A stretch of 64,000 nucleotides of DNA from Oopsacas minuta (Eukaryota; Animalia; Porifera): contig JAKMXF010000329.1 of NCBI GenBank assembly GCA_024704765.1, positions 62,001-126,000 on the forward strand. The letters run 5' to 3'. The position numbers and the translations under genes were made by a program. Under the pieces are notes generated by a model. That model saw nothing but the letters and a program-made list of their open reading frames with translations. It ran no database searches and was not told where the DNA came from. This document shows, one piece after another, positions 25,530 through 39,962 of the stretch. Positions within the stretch are counted from its first letter, which is position 1. Each line of letters opens with the position of its first letter.

Positions 25530-26661
25530 TACTAGGATGTAATTCTAATTATAAGGGCTAGCACCTAGCTAGGAGCATCGTATCCCAAATTTCTCATTCG
25601 CAAAAGATATGTGATTTATGACAGAGGCTTATATAGGGCTATCCCTAGACCGTGAAGATAGTTGGGAAACGTCAAACTGGTTAGTTATTTCATTCAATTC
25701 CTGTATCAATATTAGTTTGTTTCTAAACTTATATGCCCAATTGAATTAAATTGTAACATGACCATAAGAATTCTGAAAATATATACCACACACATTAAGA
25801 CTTGAAAATAAACTTACTAATTCAAGATTGAATTTAAATTTTAATGGATATGATGACATTATTACAGTATAAGATTGTTTTGAACTTTTCATTAATAAAA
25901 TTCTAAAATTGTGCTCAAACGATTGAGGTAGATGATATTGTTACAAGTGGTAAATTTGTTGAATAGCTGGAATCCTGCCATCGTAAATTTGGTATCTTGC
26001 ATTGCATTATCAAATGTATCAACTCACAAGTGAATGCCATTTCCCATTCGTGCCAAATCCTAGAATTCAAATTACCCTTTTGACTCTGATTCCCAACTTG
26101 GGTTCCATAAACCCCTTAGTGCTCTACAGGATCTCAAAGGTTTTATTAATTACACTATTGGGAGGGACCCACACATTGTGTTAAAATTGGTTGGGAGCGT
26201 CTGCCTTAGAGCATCACTTCGAACTCTATAGACAAATGTTTGGCAGTCTAGAATATTATTGTAGATCTTCACTAATTGTCCAGTTCTCTAATTGCCCACT
26301 TGTTCATGCATAAATCTCTCGAATTTCATTGGGGTAGATAGGGTGACGCATAGGCGGATCTAGGAATTTTATAAAGAGGGGACCAAGGATTTTGTGAAAG
26401 GATACCACCACCCAGCTGGGAGTCTGGGAGGCGCTGTTAGCCCCCAATGGGGTCCAAGAGCAAAGCCCCTGGAAGACAAACACTATTTTCCATAACATTA
26501 GTTGCTTTTCTAACGTCAGGAAAATTTGAATCTCGAAATTTTTTACTTTACTACGTAATTATTACACCTTAGGATTCGCAAAATTTCTGACAATGTAGGT
26601 CGGGTGAAGGGTCTTCGGCCCTTGAAAGATCACCACAATATGGGCCGGGGTGGGGCACATT

Positions 26662-27105
26662 CAGTGGCGTAGCCAGCCCAACATGATTGCCCGGGCACTA
26701 TACTCAACATAGAGTGCTTTTTATTAGGCCTTAGAATTATTATATCAGTAACTACTAATTGCCAACCAATTATCAATTATATACGTCGCTGTGTAATACA
26801 ATGAAACACATGCATCTATTTATGCTAAAATTATTCCCTATTTTTATGTAATTCACCGAATTTAGTAACGACATCATCTAGAGATAACTGACTCGTCAGC
26901 TCCTTTTCAATTGCAATAATGGCAAGATCAGTGAGCCGCTGTTCACTCATTGTCGACCTAAGATAAGTAAGAAGAATTGATATATGTAATATAACAATTA
27001 ATAGGGATGAACTGATGTGTGTACAGACATAATATTTATTGCCTGGGCATAGAGAGAAGTTGCCCGGGCACAGGCCCGACAGGCCCGTGCTTAGCTACGC
27101 CACTG
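26662..27105. mobile_element. hAT deletion-derivative MITE (444 bp)
   Basis: TIR CAGTGGCGTAGC / GCTACGCCACTG; degenerate TSD GGCACATT/AGTACATT (6/8). Internal minus-strand YLRSTMSEQRLTDLAIIAIE remnant. Confidence 0.75.
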
Positions 27106-27987
27106 AGTACATTCATCTACACCAACTTCCGGTACTAATGGGTCTCGGTCATAAAAACTTATCCCAAACGTGTCAATTCCAAATTTTCAATTATTGAGTG
27201 AAAATCCTAAAATTAACTAGCTAGTATTATAAATATAGGTGATAGGCAAAATAACATCAAAATTTCTACCAAAATTGAAGTTAAATTTGTAATGAATTCT
27301 AATCGTAGAATATAGAACTAGAAAACATTCTACGTTTGTGCCTTCCTATGAACATCTGGCAAATCCTTTCCAGACTGATTTCCATACTGTGGTTCATGTT
27401 CATTAGAGTAAGGCCAGATAACCGCTCTTGTCCAATTGTACTTCGAAGATAGGTCTTCACCTTACGAAGGTACGAGAACGAGCGCTCCGCCTCACAACTT
27501 CCGACTGGGAAAGTACATCCTATTTTCAAGAGAGTGAATATAGTTGGGAAAGTATCCTCGTCTGCGTGACTTATACATTCTGACAGGTTAATTGAAGACG
27601 GTATGGGCTCTTTAGATCTCCCATAACGTTGCCACTCTTTCACCTCAAACCGAAGTGAGGAAGAAAATGGAAGATCTGCCTCTCAAAACAATAGATTATT
27701 TACAACTAGTTGTATATCCACGCCTTGCAATGCGATAGAGCCAGGAAGTAATGCAAGTACCTCTACTCCTTGTCTGCTTGATTTTTTGAATCTATTATCC
27801 AATTCTACTAATAAATGATCAACAAATGGGATTGCCGAATTGCGTAAATAGTATTCCTTTGGGCAAGTACTTAGGGCATTTGCTCTGTGTATCTGCCTGC
27901 CAGAGCCAATAATTCTTGGGGATTGTATGGTAATTCCAAGCTTCCTAAACAAGTGTGTTGCTTCTTCGTACCATACATTAAACTCAG

Positions 27988-30900
27988 CTCAGTGTGCCAA
28001 AATCGCCATAATGGCGTATTAGGGTAACCATTACAAAGAGGCATGTTTTATGTGGTCTATATAGTAAATCGACACCGTAAATTTCAAAAATTTCATTAAA
28101 TTTTCCGTAGTATTACCACTATTGGGAATATGACGTCATTTCGGTGATTTCATTATTTTTAACATTCATGGTTCAATAATATTATTTGTTATTTCTATTA
28201 TTGAATTAATGGTATAAAGTCAAGTTTCCTATTAGAAGGATTATAGTATATATATATATATAACTAGCTATTATATAATAATGAACCAGGGGCGTAGTTT
28301 TTCCCTTTAATACATATTTGAGGGGATTATACCTTGTGGAAAAACTGTTACTAAATTTATAAACTCAATCTCTAATATTCTTTAATTAATTATCATTCTC
28401 CAACACTATGCTATTATATAAGATATCTTGGGGGCTATTTGGGTCATTTGCACTAGAATTCCTCGTTTTGGTGGATGTAAAACGATTCTGCACTAATAGG
28501 GGATCACTACAACACAGAAGGCGAATTAGAATATCTCGTACATTGTCAGAGAATGATGTTTTTCTGGCAAAATTTTCTCGATACCGCCTTACGAACTTAT
28601 TACAAGCTTCTAAATATTCCTCTGATAGATTCTGTAATCCCCTGCCATTATTATATTCTCCAATAATCTTGAAAGAATGGGAAAGTAGCTTGTGTAAAGA
28701 GGGGGTGATGCTCGCCCATGGAAACTGAACTATGATTAATTCATACGTTTCTTTACACAATTCTTCCATTTTGCTACAATTAATTAAGTTACCGCTGTTC
28801 ACAAGTCGTAACACCACGGATAGATCAGTCTGGATCTTCTCTAATATAAGGATTTATCAGATAGATTTATCGAGGAAGTCGGCCATTTTAAAAAGTCTCG
28901 CTTATCCAAAAAGCAATCACGTGCAATGTTCCCAGTAGTTGATGTACCACCCTGACTTGAAGGAATATCCACACTGAAACTGCACTTATCTTGAAGAATT
29001 GCTCGAACCCGCCTCATAGATGCATTTACTTTGTGATTAGATGGTGACCATAACTTGTGACCCGCATCAAGATGGTATATTAATAACATATACCACCGGA
29101 ATACACACAGGTACGCATGCAAAGGGGAGGCAGCAATTATATTGATGTCAGGCGTGGGTTTGTGAGTTATACCCAAGCGTTGATTGGATGCGAGTTTGAG
29201 GAAGTCACCCTCATTAATATCATTAAAGAGTTGCCAAGCATCGCTAATTAACCTGTTTATGGGGAATCCAGAACGAACCCAGTCAATGCTTTTCATTTCT
29301 TCGTCGGATGCAGTACATAGATGACAAGAAGCTCCTCCAGCACCATCTAACAGTCCAGCCATTTTGGTGTCAAAGAGAGAACGGACAATATCAACTTGTA
29401 CATGTCCTCCTATTAGGGATAATCCGTTCACCAATATTTGGTCGGTTTGGGGATTGACAATTTTATCCATGATAAAATGAACATTATTATAATCCTCTTT
29501 CAATGCTATCAACGCAACCGGTCTGAAACAAAAGGGGGAGTTAGGAGAATGGTTGTAGAAGACATCGTTTCGAAGTGTATCTGCTATAGATAATATTTTG
29601 AATCTAAATAAGATGAAACATTTAGTACTAAAGACAGGGTTATTATTGTGTTGGTTATAGGTCCGATGAGACCCGGAACCATCTAATCCATCTGATATCT
29701 TAACTGTGAGCGGATATTGTGAAATAGAAATTGGCACTAACGTTGAAATCAGCGTCCGACTGTAAGCTTTAGTATCGAATGATAGGAGATACAAGTTCCA
29801 ATTGAGAAACCTTCAGGATCATAGACTATCTTAATCTCATCAATCAAAGTTACTTCTCTACGATATCTGGAGACAAGCTCATAGGATGGTAATTTGACTT
29901 GACATTTGAGGACTTTGTTTAAATTTTTATATTAGCTCGCTCCAATCTCTAAACAGTCCAAGAGAAAGGCATATATATCGATTGGCGCTTTGTGCAAGAT
30001 TCCACTAAGAGAAGCCTTGTTGATGATCTCCTTACACACTTGTGAGGTATCGCGATCGTAAGAATTGTTAGATATTAATTCTAAAGCCAGAGCAGCTAGT
30101 TGTTTAGGCTCGACATTTTCTCTTTCAGCTAAGAAATGAATATGGTCTAAAAGAATGCTCAGTCTAGATCTGTAAGTTTGAAGATTGCAACCAAGTAAGT
30201 GCTTTCTGGAATCATGGACAATTTCTTCAGAGAAATTTCGACTTTCAGGACTAGAAACTTTACGAAAAGGTTCTAATCCAGGATCGAGTGAAATTCTCTT
30301 CTTTCTCGGAATGGAAGTTGATAGGGGTGCAGTATATGAATGGAAGGTCAAATTCTCCCAGTTCTCAAGATCACTCTTCTTCCGGTAATACTCTCTGGAT
30401 GAAATAAGGGACTTGAACTTATATAGAATAGTATCATGTTCTTCCTGTGAAATATTATTATCATCAATAAGATACTGCGCAGTGGCTTTAGGGCTTTTGC
30501 CCATTGAAATATTGCTAACATATGCTTCTTTGTTAGTCACAACAAAGGCCATTACTTCACTAGGAGCTATTATTAGACAGAAAAGATTAAAATTATTCTC
30601 GTGCATCATCTAAATTTACAGGAGGGCAAGAATATATATAATTTACTTGAATTTCAAAAAAATTCTAAAAATACATTTTTTCGATTTTTTGTCCAGTCCA
30701 AGCATTGATGTACTCAAAAATATATTTGTGCACCCCGGTGGACGTCTGAAAATTGGTGTATAAGTTCAAAAATGTAAGCGCTATAAGCGATTAGCAATAA
30801 ATTATCGTCCTCTTTTGTCACCTGATAGATGCAGCACTCCAAACACTATATTAAAACTAAAATATTTCACTCCAGGCCTTTAAAACTAGACAGCCAACAA

Positions 30901-31222
30901 AGTTTTTTGGAAACAATAATACTTATAATAATTGCATAAACTGATCTAATATAAGAAATACGTCAAATTGATGATTAACTACAAACGTTAGATAGCATAT
31001 ATTTGAAAGAAAATTATTGCTAGGGTAGTTAGGTATTTACTATTGCGGCTAGCTATTTATAATAATCTAAAATATGCTTACTTTAGCTCGGTGTAATCGA
31101 ATTCCTAAGGATCATACATACAATCATCAATATTTTCCTACTAATTCGACGATGGAGATTCATAAAACGTAGTTAAATTCGTAATTGAAATTATGCCTAA
31201 TACGCCATATCGGCACACTGTG
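27988..31222 (-). mobile_element. RAG1-like/Transib transposon, family 1 (3235 bp)
   Basis: 5' end rc CACAGTGTGCCGATATGGCGTATTAGG (31222); 3' end CTCAGTGTGCCAAAATCGCCATAATGGCGTATTAGG (27988). Flanks (C)TCAG / GCAGG form an imperfect 5-bp TSD. Removing the element rejoins the host hAT frame (VEPEFNVWYEEA). Confidence 0.88.
28386..30552 (-). pseudogene. RAG1-core-like (Transib) transposase; one nonsense codon and two frameshifts
   Basis: ISDGLDGSGSH (RAG1 D600 equivalent), SLFDTKMAGL (D708), CHLC, PLHAY, SLHKLLSH, SEEYLEACNK (E962), RRYRENFARK. TAA at 29932; frameshifts near 29755 and 28850. Confidence 0.88.
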
Positions 31223-32356
31223 GCAGGTTCTACTTCAAATCGTAACGTTTCGATTTGTTTCTTTGTCTCGTCTATCATGTTATATGCATGGTAGATATCA
31301 AATCCCTCTTCTATAATTTGGAGGCGATAGGTCTTATATTTTCCAAAATATTCTTCGCTACAATAAAGGCAATTATGGTTTCTGAAGATTCAAGATTTAT
31401 AAGTAATCCACATGCCTTTACTCTCGTTTCCTGGTCCCAGTTATTCGTCCAGATACCGTCATAGATTTGTGGATAACTAGATGGATTAAACATTGCTTCA
31501 AAACATTCACATAAGAACTCATATATTCTATAGAAAGTATCATAGCATGTGTGCCTTTCTACCCAACGAGTCTTGCAAAGTCCTACAAGCTTTTTTAGGT
31601 TTAATCTGGTGCGATACTATCAAGTATTTTTTCATAGAATCGCTGTCTTTTAGGGAACAAATCAAAAAACAGGAAAATGGAATTTAGGGTATCAATCATG
31701 TTCCTGATTGTAGGTAGTTTGCATGCACGAGCTATACTCAGATTAAGTACATAACTGTGGCAGTGTACATATAGTGCGAAGGGAGATACTGCTTTATCCT
31801 TGCTTGGACTCCAACATTGTTAAGGACATACATGATGCACCGTCATAACATTGACCCCTAGCCTTATTGATATCGACGTGATGCTTTTTTAGACTTTCGA
31901 TAATAGCCATTACAATTGACTCCCCAGTTGCTCTCTCTAGATACACACAATCAAAGAAAAACTCTTTAATATTGGTTTTATCAAGCATTCTCAGGTAAAC
32001 TGAGAGAATCTCTTGGTTACTATGTGGATCTGTAACCTCATCACCCATAAAGGAGAAGAAGGAAATGTCATTTTCTAGCCTTCGGGAGTTCTCCTTCCTG
32101 ATATACTCGGCAATAATGTCAATAATTTCGTTTTGGATTGTTTTTGAAGTATATTCTGCATTTTCTTTCCCATTTCTAGATGTTTCTGTAGAAAAGGATC
32201 ACACCTAGACATCACCTCGAGAATTGCCCACAAGTTTCCTTTGTTAGAAGATAAACTATTATGGGAATCCCTATGCCGCCTTAGTGGTAGATTTTGTTTC
32301 CCACAAAATATCACAGCTTTAACAATACTCTTTAAAATATGTGAGTTCACGGAATA

Positions 32357-33260
32357 CAGTCAAGGGACAAAAGCATTCAACCACACAATTATATTGTAAT
32401 AAATTGTATGCTCTTTCTCGCTCCTATATATTGTGTAGATTATATTCGTAGCTGCAATCTAGTAATTTGTATAGAATAACATATGTTTTTCAAGAATTTC
32501 AAAAAATATTTTCGATTTACACTTTTTGAAGGTGTTAATTATTAATAATTATTAGATAATTATTGATAATCAAAATATGTGGTAATTCAAAACCTATTAA
32601 GAATCTATAATTTCTGACTTGATATTTGAATTCTACGTAGGCGAGTTACCACAGATTAAAATTTTCAATGGGATTGGACAATTTTTACCAAAATTATAGA
32701 AGAATTTCAATTTGTGCCATTTGTGCCACCTTTTGCCCCAGGTGGCACAAGTGGCCGCTACCAAGAGGTTATTTTGCAATTCAAGGGTTAGCATAGTCAT
32801 ATCATTCGAAAATATTACTATGATTTATTCCTCCTAACCCTAGTTGATTTCCTTGTAGTGGCGCTTTCCTGCTACTGGTGCCACTTTTTGCAACAAGTGG
32901 GACAAATTGAAATTCTTCTATAACTTTGGTAAAAATTGTCCAATCCCATTGGAAATTTTAATCTGTGGTAACTCGCCTACGTAGAATTCAAATATCAAGT
33001 CAGAAATTATAGATTCTTAATAGGTTTTGAATTACCACATATTTTGATTATCAATAATTATCTAATAATTATTAATAATTAACACCTTCAAAAAGTGTAA
33101 ATCGAAAATATTTTTTGAAATTCTTGAAAAACATATGTTATTCTATACAAATTACTAGATTGCAGCTACGAATATAGACTACACAATATATAGGAGCGGG
33201 AGAGAGTATACAATTTATTAGAATATAATTGTGTGGTCGAATACTTTTGCCCCCTGACTG
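32357..33260. mobile_element. Tc1-type non-autonomous element with about 360-bp TIRs (904 bp)
   Basis: TA flanks; ends CAGTCAAGGGACAAAAGCATT / AATACTTTTGCCCCCTGACTG; arms at about 32357-32715 and 32901-33260 nearly perfect. Removal restores the hAT frame ANKESYSVNSHILK. Confidence 0.92.
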
Positions 33261-34289
33261 TATGATTCCTTGTTGGCACGACTGATAACTAATGATAGAT
33301 ATGTTTCTGGATGCTTTTGATGGTGTAGTAATACTAAACCATTCTGAACGGCAGCTTTGTGATATTGCAGGCGTTGATGATGTTCCAAAATACCACCTTC
33401 CCTGTAGCTTTGACAAAGTTTATGAAAGGTCTGTTTACCAGCATCCCACAATATTTCCTCTTGTCCGTTTCAGATGAAAAGAGAATGCAGAATTTACAGA
33501 GTCCTCCACCAACAGAAATACTATAAACCAACCATCTATATCGATCAAGCCAAGAGTGTTGGAAGACAAGAACTTTCTTTTGCTGTGTCTTTCCACGAAC
33601 TATTGACTGGGTTTTAAATAAGTCAAATTTCTCCCCAGGAGTGAAATAGTGTGAAATATAATTGACCTTTTCACCATTACTGAGGTCTTCTCGGATTACT
33701 TTGCCGAGTAAGATATCTCCAACATCATATTGTGTTATGGGAGAAACGGACTCAATAACCCCTGGATCTTGAGGGGCTAAATTTGTAATATCTGGAGATA
33801 GGACTTGGAATTCAGTTATTGTAGCTGATGAATTACTGGGACATTCTACTAGATTACTAGGAGTATCAGGAACTTGTAAAGGATCGAATGAAATGAAGAA
33901 GGTTCGATTGTATCATACTCTTCTGAGTCATTTATATTGCTAAGCCTTATCCGCTTTGTTATGCCGAACTGCATAAGTGTTCTGGGCAAAGGAGGAACAG
34001 TTCTCTTTTCATAGCAACGTGCTAATGATTGATACAAATGACAAATTAGTAGAAGGTTATAATACATAAATACATAAGTATGTCCAACTGACTGTGGGTG
34101 ATTAGTGAATATTTAGGTGAATATAAAATGAGAAACTATGTGTTATTAAATAAGATTCGTGTAATCAAAAGGATGAAAGATAGATTCAATATTTATCAAC
34201 TCTAAAATAATATAATAGTCTTTAGAGCAAAAATTGAAAAAAAAGGGGAGGTCCGGACCCCTGGACCTCGTCCATGCGTCCGCCTATGT

Positions 34290-35490
34290 TTGAAGATAGA
34301 ATGTCAATTTAAGACTTCGCATATTTGACGACTCAACCGCTGCAGCTTTAACAGTCCATGCTTCTAAATATGGTCAAGTTTCAAGAACAGCTCAGTTCAT
34401 TAGCCTTATTTGTAAGGTATAGAAGATCTTCAACATTAATAGACCTAATAAAGACATCCGTCTAAATGACGAGCTTTCTATGCCACTACAGAGTAATGAC
34501 ATTCGGTTTGTATTTCATTCAGATAATATGAAATGGCTTGATGAATGGAGAACTTTACCCCAAAAGCACGGAAAACTCACTGCACAAACCTTCACCAGTT
34601 TTCGCCATTCGTGTATTGTCCTTGAAGGGATAGTCAACCATCTTACCAAAAACTGTGGTTTTGCCTATGTTCTTAGTTCTTTCCTTCAAAACGACCCAAT
34701 TGAACATCACTTTAGGATTTCCCGAATGATGAGCAGTGTCCAGTACAATGTTATATTTTGCCAGGTTTTGAAAATTGAGAGACTAATCAAGATTTCTGCA
34801 ATTCTGAAGTTGTTCTCCTCTAGTACTCCGGGTGAGAGCTCAATCTCATTAAAAGAATTTGTTAAGTAATTTTCAATCTCCGAAGAATCTAGCCATGACA
34901 ATATTGTCGATTTGGACCCCTATAACAGAGTGTTTAATGAAGAGGAGGCACCAACCGTACTCGATACTTCTCTCATCCAATCTTTAGCCTTTATTGCTGG
35001 TTATTGTGCTCATTTCCATCTTCAAAAATGTATTCATTCTAAGCGAGGTATTACACACTCTTCTAGCGTAAGAGATACAGAAGAAGTGAGCAGTATTTGC
35101 TCTTAGTGTTTGTCAGGTCTTGTTGAGGAAGATACTTTCAAATTAGATCTAACTGATCGTGTCTATGGATTAATATGTTCGATTGACTGAGGAGGCCTTA
35201 AGTGACCTTCAGCTCCAGTACTGAAGCAGTTGTAATTTTGTGGAAGGTCTACTCCAGGATCGAGATGGATTCTAGTCTCTTCAATCTCTTTATAACAAGT
35301 CCATCTCTGAAGATCTTAGTTTCCTTAACATTAAATGTAATCGAGAGTAATGAAACTGAGTTTTGGAGAAACAAATGCCCTACTTGTGACACAATAGGAT
35401 GGAATATCTTAAAGAAGATTATATTTTCAGCAACCAACTGTATCCCAACTAACAAAGTAAAGAACATGAATTCGTTGAAAGGACATTAAC
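34290..35490 (+). pseudogene. P-element-type transposase, C-terminal remnant
   Basis: TAQFISLI..IFNI, LTAQTFTSFRHS, FAYVLSSFLQNDPIEHHF (cf. NQDPLENFFG) and LAFIAGYCAH motifs; multiple stops. Confidence 0.75.
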
Positions 35491-37472
35491 TGAAAGCTCG
35501 CATAACTCTCGTAAATACACCAAATTCACATCAAAATAATTAGTAATTCTGCTGTTGGAAGTCTCTTTGTTGTCCTAGCATTTCTTATTTCTTTAAGAGA
35601 CAAGGTTTATACAATTTTTGTTGTAGTAGTGTAAAACATGATTACCTTCTATCCACCATTTGGTACGAATATTGTCAAAAACAATGGTATTAATCTCAAC
35701 ATATCATATTCAATGTATGCACTTTAAGTAATCCATGGTCCCAATGAACAGTCAGGCCTTATATTACGTTTGTTACGATATATGATTGTTATTATGTGTC
35801 CTACGGTTGTTTTTTTTAATTAAAAAATTTGTGAGAATCTGAGAAACCCAAAGATTTCCATTCATCATAGCGATAAATTCTTCTTTTCTTTCCAAATTTT
35901 TTCACAATAATTGATCTTTCAGAAAGTATATGGTAGAATTCTTTCAATGGTATGATGCATAATTATCTCTGAAGCAAGATTGCAACCGAATACTTTTTAC
36001 CCAGTAGTTTAATATTTGACTACCAACCGAATATCAGTATTCCATATTGCGTATTCGGTTGGCCCAAACTGAATATTTTCAGTAGTATTCGGTTGATTCA
36101 TTCGAATAATATCAGTATTTGCTCTGGCTACTATGCATGAGTACTGATATTCGGTTCGAGCGGTTTCAACCTTGCTCTAAAATTTGCCCCACTCCCCTGT
36201 TATTGATATACGTTTCTATAGAAATGAATGAAAATGGACCAAAATTGCCCCACCTATAGAGGTTGCCTGTACAAAATTATTCGTGTACCAAACGATCCAT
36301 AAACATATTACAAGACTAAGTCAAATACTTAGCAGCAATGAATCCAATTTATGAATTATTTGAATTTAATTTCAGATTCCTATTCTACACTATAGAAATG
36401 TCCATTGCAAACCACTTCACCACAAAAAGGAACTTATTTTGTGTTATAATTATTAATCCTTGCTGCCGTGTGCTACTTATTCCCATCTTATACAATTGTG
36501 GCAATTGAAAAAGTGCTACGTGGTGTTGCTCAACAATATTTTCCAACAAATTTATTTCTAATTGAGTTTAAAGCTTATTCGTAGTTAATTCGGGTGCTTT
36601 GAATATGTTTCTCCCTTCAAAGTGCCATAGCACAAACAATGTGAATATATTCCTGCAAAGTATTAGATCTAGTATAATGCGAACATACTTATTTTCTTCT
36701 GGACATTTTGCTTGTATGCATGCTTTGTTAGTGGAATGTAAATATTTAATTGAATTTCACCGCATAGTCGTTAAATTCTTTCTTGAATATTCAGATAGAT
36801 ATTGTCATGTGTAATTGTTCATGACCACCAGTGATATACACTGATTGAGATTAACCGCATATTACTTTGCCGGGTCTACGACATGGGGATGTTCCCCTTA
36901 CATGCATAATCCTACTTTATCTTAAATGATGGTGGATTTGTGGTATCGAATAAGTGTTTGTGCCAATGAAAGAATTTGCACATATTACTAACTGGTGCTA
37001 AACGATATTCGATATCGTAACGGAAGAATGTTCGATATTCGATCATTTACATTACTATTCATTTCATACCTTTGCAATACTGGTGAAAATTTACCTAAAA
37101 TGTAAATTCTCAAAAGGGAATTTAAGGTGTTATTATCTTTTATTATCATTATTTAACTTGTGACATAGCCAGAACTTTGAAAGGTGGGGAACCACTAGCT
37201 GGATTATGCGAGAGCAGAAGGATCAGGAACTATAGTTAAGTGGCCTATAGTATTTTCACAATTATTAGACACTAACAGGCATACATTAAGTAAGGAACAA
37301 CAACACAAAAGAACTAGGTAATGTTCAGTAGTTGTTGGCAAGACATGAAGTCCCCTAAAGTACCAATTACCTACGTGTTTTTTGTACTGGCGAATCGTTC
37401 TATTTATACTATGATCAGTATCAATTTGTTCGTTCCATCGAGATATATCATAGTGATGGCGTTCAAATTCCC

Positions 37473-39270
37473 TTACATGGCACGATTACATAAGTAGGCC
37501 TTGGGCAGCCGAAATACTGGGGAGGATCGCTCGACTGTTGCTGTTGAAGCAGGTAGGATACTGGCAATTGTCAAAAGCACGTGGATAGTAGGATAAACGT
37601 CGACTTTGCAGTGTTGTACTGATTTATATAGCCGGCAAGCGACTCCTCGGAATACTCGCTCTTCCATCTTATGACCCTATGTCGATATTAGACTTTCTTT
37701 CCTCTACTATCTTCTGGTTGTACGTTGTGGCATGAACTAGCGAAGATAACTTCTCCAAAGTTGTTCGAATTGTTGTTCCAATGTATCGTTATTGTAATTT
37801 GTTTCACCTAGAATGTAAAAATATATCGACTAGCCCAGCAAATTAGGAATTCTCATTTAATGGGAGCTTTCTTTGCTGGAGGACCATATCAATAAATGGA
37901 ATCTAAACAGTAACACGAAATAATAAAGAGTAGTAGTGACATTAAGATTATATCTTTGTTTAGATCTGTTGTGAATACTGGCTGAACAATTTCTATCTTC
38001 AGACATGTAACAGTACCCTTGGCTAAATGCATGATATTCTTGAGGCGATGTTCGCTATTCTATCGCTCATCTTCCAACGTTGTAATGATAGCCTCGACAA
38101 GGACCCATAGCGTTTTGCAAGCAGGTACTCATCTGTTGGAGGATATTCAAATCACATACAATTATTTGGTGATTATTTTATTTGTGCTATCTGTTATTAC
38201 TTTTTAGAGCGAGATCACTTTTCCTTTTGCTTCATGATTTTGCCAGCAATTGATAGCCATCAATATCTTGACGATGCGAACTTAGTTTGCTACAAATTCT
38301 TCAATGGCTGTTGTCCTTCTACCCATCTTCTTTCTCACAATGATTATAGTCTGCCCCTATTGGTGTGGCTGCTTGATTGTTGGAAAACGCTGCCCATGGT
38401 AATTTTCTTCTTATTACTTGTTAGCAAGAATGTTGTGATTGCTTTTCTGACCCAATCACATTACGAACAACTGGAATTTGGCTGGCATAAACCAAGGTCA
38501 GATTAAGTGCATCGACAGAACAATAGTAGTAGTCACTGTATTGACAATATTGCTCGACGTATGAACATGCATCAACACTAGGATTATCGTTGCTTCGTAG
38601 AAGAACTGCTTTCGTCGATAATTCACACCTTTTCGCTACTTCAACAAAAACGTTGCTAGTAACTTCCCCAGTGAGACTTGGTTCTTCAACTGTGAAGAGT
38701 CATTGTTTGTCCCTCACATCTTCGGAATAACTCTTCCATCGTCTTTGGGATGCTATCTTCTCCTACTTCTAATTCCTGAATTGTTTCACTACCGTGAACT
38801 CAGAATATCTAAAAATGCTACGAAGTCTTCTCGAATAGTTTTGCTATCTTTGTCATGCTATCGGAGGCAAACAGCTAATTGTTCAATTGAAAACACTAAC
38901 ACTAACTATAATTTGATCCTTTATATTTCCTGATGTATCACGTGCATTTCGGGAGCATTTACTATTTGTTCTTTCAGTTTAAGATCACCAGCATGAACTT
39001 CATTCTTTTACAGACGCCGTCCAATTTCCTTTTTCTATAACATCTAAATTGATAGGGCGGTCTTTCACTTTTGAGGTTTTCCTCGCACAAATTTGACGGT
39101 GATGAGGATTACTTAGTTTGTAGACATTGGAACTATTTCCTTGATCGTCAATAAATGCATACCATATTTCTTTTGAACGCTTGTAATATCCCGTTTGTAA
39201 ATGTTTATTGGTTGCTCCTTTTCGACAATTGTATCTTTGCAGTAGCTTGGTGACTAAATTGCCCAAAAGA
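37473..39270 (-). pseudogene. Highly degraded hAT-like transposase
   Basis: C-terminal VYPTIHVLLTIASILPASTATVERS dimerisation motif at 37473-37667; upstream fragments are broken by many stops. Confidence 0.55.
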
Positions 39271-39788
39271 ACGTTCGTGCGGTACGTCGCCTCCTTTCTT
39301 TAGTAAGGACGCAAAACTCACATAATTCCTTACAACGCTCGTGTAGGGTGAAATCACGGAATCAGTTTGGATACTGTTGTAGTATATATTTTTTGTAAGT
39401 ATTGCTTCCTTCTTCTTCAGAGAATATGGCCATTAAAACCTAGGTTGAACTTGCCATGTATTCTCCAACATTACAATCTTTTCTACATCTGTAGCTTTCT
39501 CTTCAAGAAACCTCTCTACAACGTAGTCAGGCCAAAGAATGCTAACCTTTTTACCTCGGTAACCCCTAATAATTCGAATTTAGGGGTTCGAGCCCTTGTT
39601 TCTATTGACTCTTAACTTCCTTATTGGGACACAATTTTCTGGGGCACTGTGCGGCTATTTTGTGGATCAATATCACAAAGATTGGGAATCTGTTCTGTAA
39701 CTAATATTTCATATCATAAACATGTGGTTTTACTTAATTACGATCTCTTCTTAAATGATTATATGATGAAGTCTAAATATATGAGCGC

Positions 39789-39962
39789 TGGGGCGGTCCT
39801 AGGATTTTGCATAACAGGAACAAGCCCGGAGCGAAGGTTTCAAACCCTGGGCAAAATTATATTATATAATAAGCAGTGCTGGTCTGAGGATCTGTCAAAC
39901 CCAGGGCCAGAGTTTTCAAATCCTTGCCAAATGTCCCATTTACCACACCCTGGACCGCCACT
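39789..39962. mobile_element. Small hAT-type MITE (174 bp)
   Basis: Ends TGGGGCGGTCC / GGACCGCCACT; flanks ATGAGCGC/ATGAGCAC (7/8). Confidence 0.65.

Larger units (their letters stand above)
26349..34288 (-). mobile_element. hAT transposon with THAP12/ZMYM1-like transposase (fragments about 27299-33600), carrying three nested insertions
   Basis: Ends CATAGGCGGA / TCCGCCTATG (no TSD found, so the pairing is tentative). Fragments GLCKFCILF, VIFCGKQNLPLRRHRD, RGQCYDGASCM, FPTIFTLLKIGCTFPVGSCEAERSFS. Confidence 0.75.

Noticed and set aside
666-35490. THAP remnant and P-type C-terminal remnant as one element
   Set aside because: They are on opposite strands, 33 kb apart, with no shared termini found.
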